DNA of 64,000 bases from Camelus dromedarius (taxonomy: Eukaryota). The stretch covers positions 10,418,001 to 10,482,000 of the forward strand of contig NC_087438.1 of the NCBI RefSeq assembly GCF_036321535.1. Reading direction: 5' to 3'. The first letter of the stretch is position 1. Every line of letters starts with the position of its first letter. Positions 53,906-64,000 of this stretch are shown here, one piece after another. Both the position numbers and the translations under genes were made by a program. Below the pieces are notes generated by a model, which saw only the letters and a list, made by a program, of their open reading frames with translations, was not told where the DNA came from and ran no database searches.

Positions 53906-56000
53906 GGAGTTAGGAGACCAAAATCTGCAGTGGGTCCCCGTGGAAGCCCCAGGCAGCTGCCAAGAGGCCTCATGCTCAGAAGAAGGCCCCATTTCAGGGA
54001 TCTCAAATCAAATGCCCCGAGGGGCTGGGCAGTATCTTTTAAGAATGCAGCATGTTGGCTGGAGTCTGTGACAAGTTAGAGCAGGGCCCCCCAGAAGGGC
54101 AGCCGCCTGTCCCTGTCACGGCAAGCCCTCCAAATCTGCACAAAAATGAGGGCAGCGCAGCGGGAAGCAGGCAGATGCTCTGAAAGGCTCTTCACAGAAG
54201 AAGAGATGTGGACATGTTACCACAGTGAGAAGCCACGACCTGGACTGGGGTTTCGGAAAACAGAGGCTCCAGTGCATGTGGCAGGAATGTTGACTGACAG
54301 TTTGCTTTGGAAGGCACTTTGGCAATATCTGTCACAACTGGAAATGTGCACATGCTTTGACCCAGAGTTTCCTCTTCTAGAAATCATGCTAAGTGTGAAA
54401 GCTACCGTGAGTCCACAAGGACTGTTGGAGGAGAATGTTGGTCTCAGCAATGTTTGTAAGAGTGAAAAACGGGAAACGACCCAAATGCTTTATGTCCTAT
54501 GTGATGATCTATTTTTATACTGAAATATTACACATTTGTTAAAAAGAATAATGTAGATCTAATGTAATGACATGGAAAGGTGTCCAATTTGTGTGAAGAG
54601 AAAACACAAACTGTAAAATGTTGTGTAATATAGTCCATTTCCTAGCTTTGAAAATTCAGGGTTTTCAAAGTTAGGAAATCAGTCTGAATTAATAAAAGTC
54701 TAAATTAGAAGTGTAAAGGCATGATAGCTTACATTTTTCAACAGTTCACTTAAAAATGTCTCCTAAATACCTAGGTAGGAGTAAATGTATAATTGCTAAT
54801 CATTTGTCCTAAACAGGTAAGCGCCTGCTTTTGAAAATGTCCTTTTAAGTAACTGTAAATATGTATATTTTTATTTGCTGGTAAGTTCTTTCTCAATGGA
54901 GAGTATATCTGTTTCTTTCTTGAGAATGTATATCAACTTTATTGAGATATGCATATCAAATATCCATCCAATCAAAAATGCTCAAATGGTAGCGTCCGAA
55001 TCCGTGAGGCTTTCACTGCAGTTAATTACTGGAAGTTTACTAAACCGTGGGCCGCGGAGGGGAGGGAACTGTTTCGCAATGAACCCTAGGAGGTTTGGCC
55101 ACTGTTCAGAAGTTCTCCTCCTCATTTGTACATCAGCGCTTTTACATGCTAAACGTAGTATCATTCGGACCCTTCCGCACATAGTAAAATATTGCAAGTG
55201 TGCAGTTTGCCCTGTCCCTCCTGAACTTTCTCTGTTGTCACATCGGGAGTCACAGTGTGCCTGTAAGGAGCACACCTAGCTCTGCCCATGACTCTGCTAC
55301 ATGGCCCACTTTTTGGGATTGCTGCCCCTGTGCCTGCCGTCTGAGTCTCGTCGTCTGTGTTAAGGTGACACCACATGTCATGGCCCATAATGACAGAAGG
55401 ATAGCAATGTGGGAAGAAGTGGGTGGCGGCGGGGTGGAGGCCCCCTGGTGTGGTGGACTCCTGCAGGCTGGGTGCCAGGCAGAATCCTTGATCATGCTTG
55501 GATTTAACAGATTTTCTACACAATGCAAGGTGTATGGGGCTGGTTCTTAAATAATTTCATTCTGTCTTCCCCTAGTGAGATCAGTATTTTTACTCTCATA
55601 TTAATCAAGACAGTTCAGGGTAAAAGAAGTTAGGTGTCCCACAGTCACTTCTGCATAAGGAAAAACGGGTTTTAAATTTGGGTCTGAGGGATGCTGAAAC
55701 CCATGCTCTTTATGTCCCCTATTCCTCTTGAGTTTTGAGGAACAAAGATATTCTTATATATGACACTGATTATAAGACAAGTAGGCATTTCCTTAATTTT
55801 TAGACTGAATTTTTGAATGCTTTAAAATACTATTGATACTATATATTAATATTATGATAATATAATGATTATATAAGTCAATGATAGATATTTTGCAGGT
55901 AAAAACTATCCAATGTGTCTTGTTTTTCCCTATAAACAAAGCAGACTTGTGTAATTGTTATGTGTTTTTCATTATTATTATTATTATTAAATTTTTGTAG

Positions 56001-56160
56001 GAAATGACCAAGTTCACTCCTGGACACTAGTCACCAGCCAAGCCTTAGATGCTGCGTGGAGGGTAGCAAAGGGCTCCGTGACACTGGCCGTCTCCCTGCT
56101 GGCGGCTGCCCTCTGCTACTTCAGAAGGCTGCATTTATATTTAGGGCGCCGGCTGAAATG
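56001..56160 (+). CDS. OTULINL: OTULINL coding exon 2 (hydrophobic membrane-targeting segment)
   Basis: TTTTTGTAG| ... |GTACGT; encodes (G)NDQVHSWTLVTSQALDAAWRVAKGSVTLAVSLLAAALCYFRRLHLYLGRRLK(W). Confidence 0.95.
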
Positions 56161-56246
56161 GTACGTGGTCATATCCTCTTTAAATTTCACAAATACCCTT
56201 GCTATCAAAACAGAATTTTGACATTATCGTTCCCTTTATCTTTCAG

Positions 56247-56278
56247 GTGGATTGGATATCTGCAGAGAAAATTCAAAA
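56247..56278 (+). CDS. OTULINL: OTULINL coding exon 3 (32 nt)
   Basis: TTTCAG| ... |GTAAAT; encodes WIGYLQRKFK(R); phases fit both neighbours. Confidence 0.93.
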
Positions 56279-56384
56279 GTAAATATTCTCTTGCCTACGT
56301 TTCCTTATTTTTAAGGTGCAGAGAGGGTTTGGGAAGGGAGAGGAAAGGGAAAGTTCACCACCTTGTATTTTTGATTTGGTTCAG

Positions 56385-56476
56385 GGAACCTCAGCGTGGA
56401 GGCGGAAGTTGATTTACTCAGTTATTGTGCAAGAGAATGGAAAGGAGAGACGCCCCGTGCCAGGCTGATGAGGAAG
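56385..56476 (+). CDS. OTULINL: OTULINL coding exon 4
   Basis: TTCAG| ... |GTGTGT; encodes NLSVEAEVDLLSYCAREWKGETPRARLMRK. Confidence 0.95.
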
Positions 56477-57226
56477 GTGTGTCTGTTTACACAGCTCGCG
56501 GAGGATGGAGAGTTTTGTGTGTAAAACCCAGGAAACACGCATTCCACTCCGTTTTACCCAAGATCAGCTAGTACCACGTGTGGCGCCAGGAACAACAGTG
56601 GCTTCTAATCAAAACTAAACAGCTGCTAGACGTGGCCTTCGGGCCTCTCCCCTGAGCCAGTGCCTTCGAGGACTTGGGTAGATTAGGTCTGTGATTTCAG
56701 GACACTTGAGCGTTGTACTCTATTCAGCCCTCCCCCGGCCAGGCCTTTTAAACATCTGCACGTGCAGTGGAGACTTCGGCCCTGGAAGGGCTCAGGCACC
56801 TTGACATGAGATGTTTTGAGGAATTTAGAACTTCCCATTGGACCAGTCTTGGTAAATACTCCCAGCAGTGCTGTCCAACCTTGTCACTAGCAAAAGCCAA
56901 AACAAAACAAAACATTATTTAAATGATTCTTTAGCATGGTCTTAAAAGTATATACTAGTATTCTTCACTGCCATCATCTCCCCAAAATGACATTCCCTAA
57001 CTCTGCGCTTCCAGGGATTTATTAACTGAAACAGCATGGCACGGACTCTATTTGCACAAAAGTCACTTTAAAGTTGCACGCGGTCACGTTCATAATTTAT
57101 ACTTGTTTTGTTTCTGCTGTCCACTTTGCTTGGCAGAAAGACCTTGCTGAAGTTGCAGTGAATTCACTTTCTCTAGTCTCTTATCCAGTGGTATGAAAAA
57201 CAACTTTTTCTTTTTTGTGCCGATAG

Positions 57227-57376
57227 GCGTATGAGGAGCTGTTCTGGCGGCGGCGGATTAAATGTGTTCGCCAAGTCAGAAGAGACAACTACGATGCGCT
57301 AAGGTCGGTGTTATTTCAGATCTTCAGCCAGGGCCTCTCTTTTCCATCCTGGATGAAAGAAAAGGACATTGTGAAG
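57227..57376 (+). CDS. OTULINL: OTULINL coding exon 5 (pseudo-catalytic DNYD motif)
   Basis: GATAG| ... |GTACGT; encodes AYEELFWRRRIKCVRQVRRDNYDALRSVLFQIFSQGLSFPSWMKEKDIVK. Confidence 0.96.
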
Positions 57377-57639
57377 GTACGTCCTCACACAGAAACTTGG
57401 GGAAAGTCCCACTGATGGGCACCGCAGCCCAGATGCTCCGGGTCTTCTGTGGGTGGCTCGGTGCACAGGGCGCCATGAGACTGAAGGTGCTTTAGCCCAG
57501 TCCTCTGTCTCACGTGTCAGTTTGCAAATAAGTCATCTCAGAAAGATAGCTGCACTCAGTTTTGTTTGTTGTTAATGCTGGCATTTTTTTCTTGAGAAGG
57601 GCATCTGTCCTTTGTAAGTAAGGTGGTCTACTGAAATTA

Positions 57640-58498
57640 CCTTTCTACCATGTGGTTACCTGAGTGTTGACAAATGCACACAGTGTAACCCCCACCCCAG
57701 AGATGCCCTTGTACCCCTTGACTGTCAGTGCTCCTCTCACCCCCAGCCCCGGGCAGCCACTGACATGTCTTCTGTCCCCCTAGTTTTGCCTTTTCCAGCC
57801 TGTCGTCTAAATGCAATTATCCAGTGTGTGGCCTTTGGAATCTGCCTTTCAGTTAGCAAAATGCATTTATAGCTCATCCGTGTTGTTCCGTGAATTTGTA
57901 CTTCAGTCTTTATGTTGTTGAGTGGTGTTCCTTAGTATGAATATAGCACATTTTGTTTACCCATTTGAAAGGTGTCTGGATTGCTTCCAGTTTTTGATAG
58001 TTATGGATGAGGCTGTTATAAATATTCCCATTCAGGACTTGTATGAACATAAGTTTTCATTCCTTTTGGGTAAATACCTGCTAGATTATATGATAGGTTT
58101 ATGTTTAACTTTTAAGAACCTGCCAAACGGTTTTCCAGAGTGGCTCTGGCATTTTGCATTCCCACCAATAATGTCTGCTTTCCAGTTGCTCTGCATCCTA
58201 GGGTTTTTGTTTGTTTTTTTAGCCATTCTAATAGGGGTGCATTTGTCTCACTGTGCTTTTAGTTTATGTTTCCCTAATGGGTAACAATGCTGAGCATCTT
58301 TCCATGTGCTTATTTGCCATCCATGTTATCTTCCTGGAGAAGTCTCTGTTCAGATCTTTTTACCATTTTTATTGGGTTCTTTTTTCTTTTTTTATTGATT
58401 GTTTTGAGAGAGTTATTCTGAATACAAATGCTTTATCAGATAAGTCATTTGCAAACATTTTCTCCCAGTCTGTGCCTTGTTTTTTCATTTTCTTAATA
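57640..58498 (-). mobile_element. Old L1M-type 3' fragment in intron 5
   Basis: CATTTTGCATTCCCACCAA, GAGCATCTTTCCATGTGCTTATTTGCCATC and GCAAACATTTTCTCCCAGTCTGTG are antisense L1 signatures. Confidence 0.85.
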
Positions 58499-58510
58499 AG
58501 GCAGCACATT

Positions 58511-58576
58511 AAAAAAATTTCTTTTTATTGAACTCTAGTTGGTTTACAATGTTGTGGTAATTTCTGGTGTACAGCT
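58511..58576 (-). mobile_element. ~65-bp L1 3' stub with TSD
   Basis: GGTTTACAATGTTGTGGTAATTTCTGGTGTACAGC flanked by AGGCAG(C/T)A(C/T)ATT at 58499-58510 and 58577-58588. Confidence 0.75.
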
Positions 58577-59457
58577 AGGCAGTATATTTTTGATTTGTGA
58601 CCTTAATTTTTATTCGAATGTAGTATGCCTAACCACAGATGCACACTTAAGGATGGAGGAGCAAAGAAATATCAAGTATATGCATACATATATATGTATA
58701 TATATAACTACACACGTTCTAATTCCTTGGCATCTTTTACTTAGAATTGTTTCTATTGGCAGTTTAGTTTCATCTAGCAATTGTCAAGTGTATGCTGTGT
58801 GCCAGCCCTGCTGCTGGTTGCTGAGGACAGACAGTGCTACAGAGGCCCTGGGCTCCACAGGCTTGGCCAGGTGGGGAAATGCATCAGATGCCCATGGCGG
58901 ATCAGATTCTCATGTATTCCATGATTGTATTTAATCCCAGCAAGAGTCCTGCACAGTGGATAGCACTGTCCTTGATTTACAGTGGAGGATGAGGCTGAGG
59001 GGTTGAGTAACCTCTCAGCAGGGGAGTGACAGAGCTAGGTTTGAACCCCAAAGTGTACCCTTCTAAAACCCACGTGCTCCCCGATGTACTATGTTACTGT
59101 AACACACTGTACTGTATGTACTGTATGTTACTGTAACGCTGTCGGGTTAAAAACAATTTCTAAAGAGATATATCTAGGAAGTCTGGGAAGTGTTTTATTC
59201 AAAAAGATAAATTGTTTTTGTAGACATAATTTTTATTTAGGTTTTCCTCCATTGTGAAATTGTGAATTAAGAGGATGATCCAAATCACTTAATCCAGAAA
59301 TCTAAAAAAAGACTACATGTTGTTACTTAACTGCTGTTATAGTCTTTTAAAGTGAAGAGTGCCGAATGAGATAAGATTATCTGCTGTGACATATTCCAGA
59401 CTGTGTGTAAGACATGTTGAGACACTGATCACTGTTGGCATCTACTTCCTTTTCAAG

Positions 59458-59586
59458 CTTCCTGAAAAACTGCTCTTTTCACAAGGTTGTAATTGGATCC
59501 AGCAATACAGTTTTGGTCCTGAGAAGTATACAGGTTCAAATGTGTTTGGAAAATTACGCAAATGTGTGGAATTACTGAAAACACAG
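59458..59586 (+). CDS. OTULINL: OTULINL coding exon 6
   Basis: TTTTCAAG| ... |GTGAGT; encodes LPEKLLFSQGCNWIQQYSFGPEKYTGSNVFGKLRKCVELLKTQ. Confidence 0.95.
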
Positions 59587-60492
59587 GTGAGTGTCTGGGG
59601 GGAAAGACTAGGCATGAAATCACGCATCCAACGCGTAACCGCTGCCTCTCCTGTCAGGCCTGTCACTTCCTGTCCTGTAAGGAGGAAGTGTGGGCAGAAA
59701 AACTCTTCCAGGAACCAACCGTCTCCTTTCCTATCCCTTCTCCTTCCAAGTCATGAACAAGAGCCACGTTCTAGGTGATTGTTAGGCCTGTTAATGGGTT
59801 AAGGGGGCTTTTGTGGGCTGGCCAGGAAACCTTGACAATCATGTACCTGTGTTTCCCCGGAAAAATATGGTGCGGGATCCAGACAGGTCACTCAGAAATG
59901 CTTTTCTGGGCTATTAGTAACTCAGGGACAGCTCACATGTTATGATTTGACTAAGAGTTTTTCCTGCCTTTTAATAAAGACATAGGTTTTAGATTGTTGA
60001 AATGAACCTTCCCTGGGAAAGAGTACATTTTTCTGCCGCGTCTTTCTGATCTGTAACACTGGAATTCAAATAGTATTTGGCCGGTACGGCTATTGTGAGG
60101 ACTCAGTGAGTGAACACAGGTGGAGTGCTTTAAACTGTGCCCTGGCACAGTGGCTGGTGAAGAACACCAGTCAGCACTGTTTGTCTCTGGAGCATCCCTT
60201 GTGTAACCCAGCCACCCGAGAGGTAGTTTTAGGAAACTGACTTGTTTAGTATTTTACCTTTATACGTGGTGGTTTTTTGAAAAAAAAAAAAATTTCATTG
60301 AAACTAGTTTGTTACTGTAAAAGTAATACTTCGGGTTAAAAAAATCAATGTCTAAAGATATAAAATGAAAAGTTAAAGTTCCACTCCCCTCTGTTAATCT
60401 CTGGTTTGTTTTATAAGTGGTTTAAAAATTACGCAGTGGTGTACGTATTCCCCTGACCCTTCTGAGTGTCACTTCTACATCTGTGTTTTTAG

Positions 60493-60762
60493 TGGACTGA
60501 ATTCAGTGGGATTAAGGATTATCACAAGAGAGGGAGTATGTGCAACAGCCTTTTCTCTGATGCTCTACTGGAATATAAACTGTACGAAGCTCTGAAGTTC
60601 ATCATGCTCTACCAAGTCACTGAGGTCTATGAACAAATGAAGACTAAGAAGGCCATTCCCAGTCCTTTCCGGCTCCTGTTCACCAGGGAGACCTCCTCCG
60701 ATCCTTTGAGCTTCATGATGAATCACCTGAATTCTGTAGGCGACACGTGTGGACTTGAGCAG
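60493..60762 (+). CDS. OTULINL: OTULINL coding exon 7
   Basis: TTTTTAG| ... |GTACAC; encodes WTEFSGIKDYHKRGSMCNSLFSDALLEYKLYEALKFIML...HLNSVGDTCGLEQ. Confidence 0.96.
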
Positions 60763-61558
60763 GTACACGGGGCAGAAGATTCGTGTGTGTTTAGTGAAGG
60801 ACGATGGTGGTAACGCTTGAGCACAGAGGGGTGTGGGGCTAACGTCCAGCAGTGATAAACCCAGCTGCAGAGAGGTGGGGGCTGGGGATCGCTGGCCCTC
60901 CAGTGAGGAAGGGAAGCGTGCTAAGCCTTCGGGCCGTGCCGGTCGCTGCGTCATCGCAGCCCTGTGGCCGGTGAGCAGCAGTGCCCGAGCCTTTCTGACC
61001 TTCATGCTGCCTCTCAGGTGGGAACGGCTCCTCCCACAACAGGGGTTGCCCAGGAGAATAAGGACCCACTCAGGTCACCCAGTTGGGAAATGAGATAACA
61101 TTTGGGAAAGCATGTGGTTACTTACTGCAGATAAATAGAAATCACTGAAAAATTTAAAATCCACACAATGCTTTTGTATCCCCACAGGAAAGGAGTTTTG
61201 TTTTGCTTTGCTTTCCTAAGAGGTGCTCAGACTTATCTGACATTTCAATAAACATTGATTTAAAACAAATAACTAGTTGGAAAAGAGTAATTTTTATTGT
61301 GAGCATTTATTTTTTATTAGTTTCTTTTTCAAATAGCTCTCCCTGTACTTGCTTCACACTCGCGTCCAGAGGTGCCCCCTGCTCGTGCCCGCCTTCCCTG
61401 GGGTGGACGCTGGCTCCCAGCTCTGTGCCCGCCCCGTGGTTCACGTGTGGGTCTGTCAGCAAGTCTGTGACCCAGCTGCAGAGGAACACTCTCTGTCTGC
61501 TGGTGGGAGGCAGCAATTTGGAAATGTGTATTTGTGACCTCTTTCATCTCTTCCCCAG

Positions 61559-61732
61559 ATTGATATGTTTATACTTGGATACTCCCTTGAAGTGAAGATA
61601 AAAGTGTTCAGACTGTTCAAGTTTAACTCCCGAGACTTTGAAGTCTGCTACCCAGAGGAGTCGCTCAGGGAGTGGCCGGAGATCTCCCTGCTGACCGAGA
61701 ATGACCGCCACTACCACATTCCTGTCTTTTAA
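61559..61732 (+). CDS. OTULINL: OTULINL coding exon 8 (terminal, with stop)
   Basis: TTCCCCAG|; encodes IDMFILGYSLEVKIKVFRLFKFNSRDFEVCYPEESLREWPEISLLTENDRHYHIPVF-TAA. The eight exons sum to 1071 nt = 356 aa plus stop. Confidence 0.97.
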   Translation: MDMFILGYSLEVKIKVFRLFKFNSRDFEVCYPEESLREWPEISLLTENDRHYHIPVF

Positions 61733-63340
61733 GTCCGGCTGGACCAGGCACCAGCTCTCGCCAGTGACAGTGCTCACACGAGATGTTTCTCAAAGACCAG
61801 AGCTAGTGCTGCTGCCACTGAAGGAATGGGGAGCTTCCTCTCTGGGATTACAGGTACACTGGATGCAAACTCAAGTGCCTTCCCTTTGTCTTCCGCGATT
61901 TCCTCTAGAGCAGCTGCACTAATGTATTTGTGGGTTGCTGGTTTGACCTTGTTCCTAAGGGCTCTGGTCATTTCACACGCAGCAGGCCTTTAAGAGCACA
62001 AGAATGTTTATTTTGAACAACAGGAAAAAAAGCGGGAAGAAAACAAGTAGGGGAAAAGGACTAAAGGGAAAGAAAGAATTTGTCTATAACCTTGCTGTTC
62101 TTAAGAATCTTGTCTTTGGCTGATTTTGGGATCTGCAAAAACATGCCCTTATTTTATAAAGCATTACCTTCCCAGGAGTCTCTATGGTATTTCGACTTTC
62201 CAGGATCGTTTGATTAACTTTAAAATTGTGTGTATGTGTATGTGTGTGTGGTGTTTACAGTCACACACATACAGGTATAGTTTTAGATATACATATAAAC
62301 ACATACACACATAGCCACTACTTTGTGAGGTTGTACAGTTTGTTTTATATCTCTTTATGTTTTTTGCTCTGGCCTGTTTAATATTGCTTCTGACCAGTTT
62401 AATAGGTTTTATATAAATTAAAGATACATTCTGTAGATTGAGTCAATTAAATGACAATTACTGAACTGTCACAAAACTGTTAAACTGGCGTATTTAATGT
62501 GTATTTACATGTGTATTTAACGTGTGGTAAGTAGCCTCACACTCCCCACCCCACCCCCGCCAGGTGTCTGCATCCTAACCCCCAGACCTGTGAATACCGT
62601 TGGGTTCAACAGCAAAGGAGAGTAGGGTTGCAGGTGGAATTAAGGTACTAATCCATTGACCTTGAACTAGGGAGAGTAGTCTGTGTGCTCCAGGTGGGCC
62701 CAATGTAATCACAGGGGTCCTTAAAGGTAGAGAGGCACTTGGGAGAGTGTCAGTCGGAGGGAAATGTGAGGTGGGGAAGAGCTGTCAGGCGCAGCAGCAC
62801 TGGCTCTGTGACTGGCACCAGGCACAGGAAGGACGTTACTGCGGTTACAGGAAGCAGCCACGCGCCGGAGAGTGGGGGCGGCCCCCGGAAGCTGGAGAAG
62901 GCCGGGGAGTGGACCCTCCCCTAGAGCCTGCAGAAGGGAACGCGGCCTTGACAGCACTTTGATCTCAGCCCTGTGGAACCCGTGTCGGACCTCTAACCTG
63001 CAGGACTGTAGGATCGCACACGTGTGGCGTTTAGGTCGCTAAGTCTGTGGTAATGTGTTCCAACAACAATAGACAACTAATGTCCTCAGGCTGACTACCT
63101 TTTGGTCGTCTTTATTTTGGACATACTTCCCTAGTTTACTTTGGTAATCTTTATTTTGGAGGTACTTTGCTAGTTTGTTTCAAATTTCAATAAACACAAA
63201 ATAACTTTAAAAATCTTGGCTAATGACATACTACTTCAAAGTTACGAGCCCCTTCTAAGGATGACAGCGTGTTTGATGCTAATGTTCTCTCACGTTTCTG
63301 TATTTTTACTATAAATAAAAAGAGGTCTGTTCAATGCTGT
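61733..63340 (+). other. OTULINL: OTULINL 3' UTR with candidate poly(A) signals
   Basis: ATTAAA 62417-62422, AATAAA 63189-63194, AATAAA 63314-63319 (the last followed by GT-rich sequence). The true 3' end cannot be determined from sequence alone. Confidence 0.6.
62523..63082 (+). mobile_element. MLT1 (MLT1C/D-like) MaLR solo LTR
   Basis: CCTGTGAATA...TTGCAGGTGGAATTAAGGT...CCAGGTGGGCCCAATGTAATCACAGGGGTCCTTAAA...CCCCTAGAGCCT.CAGAAGG...CTAAGTCTGTGGTAAT. Confidence 0.85.
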
Positions 63341-64000
63341 GGTGTATGAAAATCAGATTCGGGTTCTCTTGTAAGGGGGATAATCACCTGTGTGTATTAC
63401 ATAGGCAGGTTTTGCCTGTGGTCATTTTGTTTTCTGGGTGAAGAGCTGGAGAGGAAGGAGCCCCACCACAGGCCTTTGCGTTCCTTTCACAGCCACACAG
63501 AGGAGGCGAGCCTAACTGATCTCTACAGCCCCTTCCTGCTTGGAGGTGTCATTTCACTGACACTGTTGCAGGTTATCCCCTTGATGTATTACTGTGACCA
63601 AGAAAAAATGAACTCTCCCCTTTGTGTTCACTGCGACTGAGACTCACAGAATTGCTGCTCCAGACTCCTGGCTCCACCTGAGCCTGTCTGGGTACCTGCC
63701 TGGCATTTGTATGTTCTCACTCTCCTTGCGTCTCCTTACCCAGTGCAGTGATCTCCACATCAATCCAGGACTGGAAGGAAAAACTTTTTCACAAGGATCG
63801 GCAGCCTATAACTCTGTGACGTATCAACCCATGATGTTTATCCTTAACTGTGCTGGCAGATGGGGCAGAGTGGGGCAAGAACGCTTCAAATAAAGGGGCA
63901 AGACCAAATTGTGAAAAAAGGACATTTAAAATCAATGAAAGTAAAGAAGGCTTTTAAATAGTTGCTATATTTTGAGAAAGCTTCAAAACAGAAGATTTTC

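Noticed and set aside
59085..59137. Short TGTAC/TGTTAC tandem repeats; also a CCTAAAGGAATGT duplication near 30419-30458
   Set aside because: Ordinary slippage-type micro-duplications with no further structure.
59359..59778. 139-aa ORF (and 60538-60813) as stand-alone genes
   Set aside because: These are OTULINL exons 6 and 7 read through into flanking intron.
1..64000. CRISPR array, operon or prokaryotic defence-type system
   Set aside because: The sequence is mammalian, with spliced exons and interspersed repeats. I saw no regularly spaced repeat-spacer array and no intact transposase or reverse transcriptase ORF.

Overview
Mammalian (eukaryotic) genomic DNA, most likely a camelid, judged from G-run tRNA-derived vic-1-type SINEs and artiodactyl-type L1 3' ends. 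The window holds the complete 8-exon coding sequence of OTULINL/FAM105A on the + strand (ATG 38382 to TAA 61732). The exons splice through GT-AG introns into 1071 nt, giving 356 aa plus stop, and the gene has a CpG-island promoter. The first ~630 bp look like the end of an mRNA 3' UTR, inferred from conserved mammalian gene order to be TRIO. The ~37 kb between them and the introns are dominated by interspersed repeats (old and young L1, SINE, MIR/L2, ERV/MaLR LTRs, hAT DNA transposons). Almost all ORFs in the supplied track are spurious. I found no new multi-gene system. The most interesting unexplained items are an orphan polyadenylated insert splitting a MER5A-type element, a young L1 with extra sequence inside its target-site duplication (TSD), an 88-nt hairpin with a perfect 16-bp stem, and a ~100-bp local duplication. 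Repeat subfamily names are from recognition, not a database search, and repeat boundaries are approximate.
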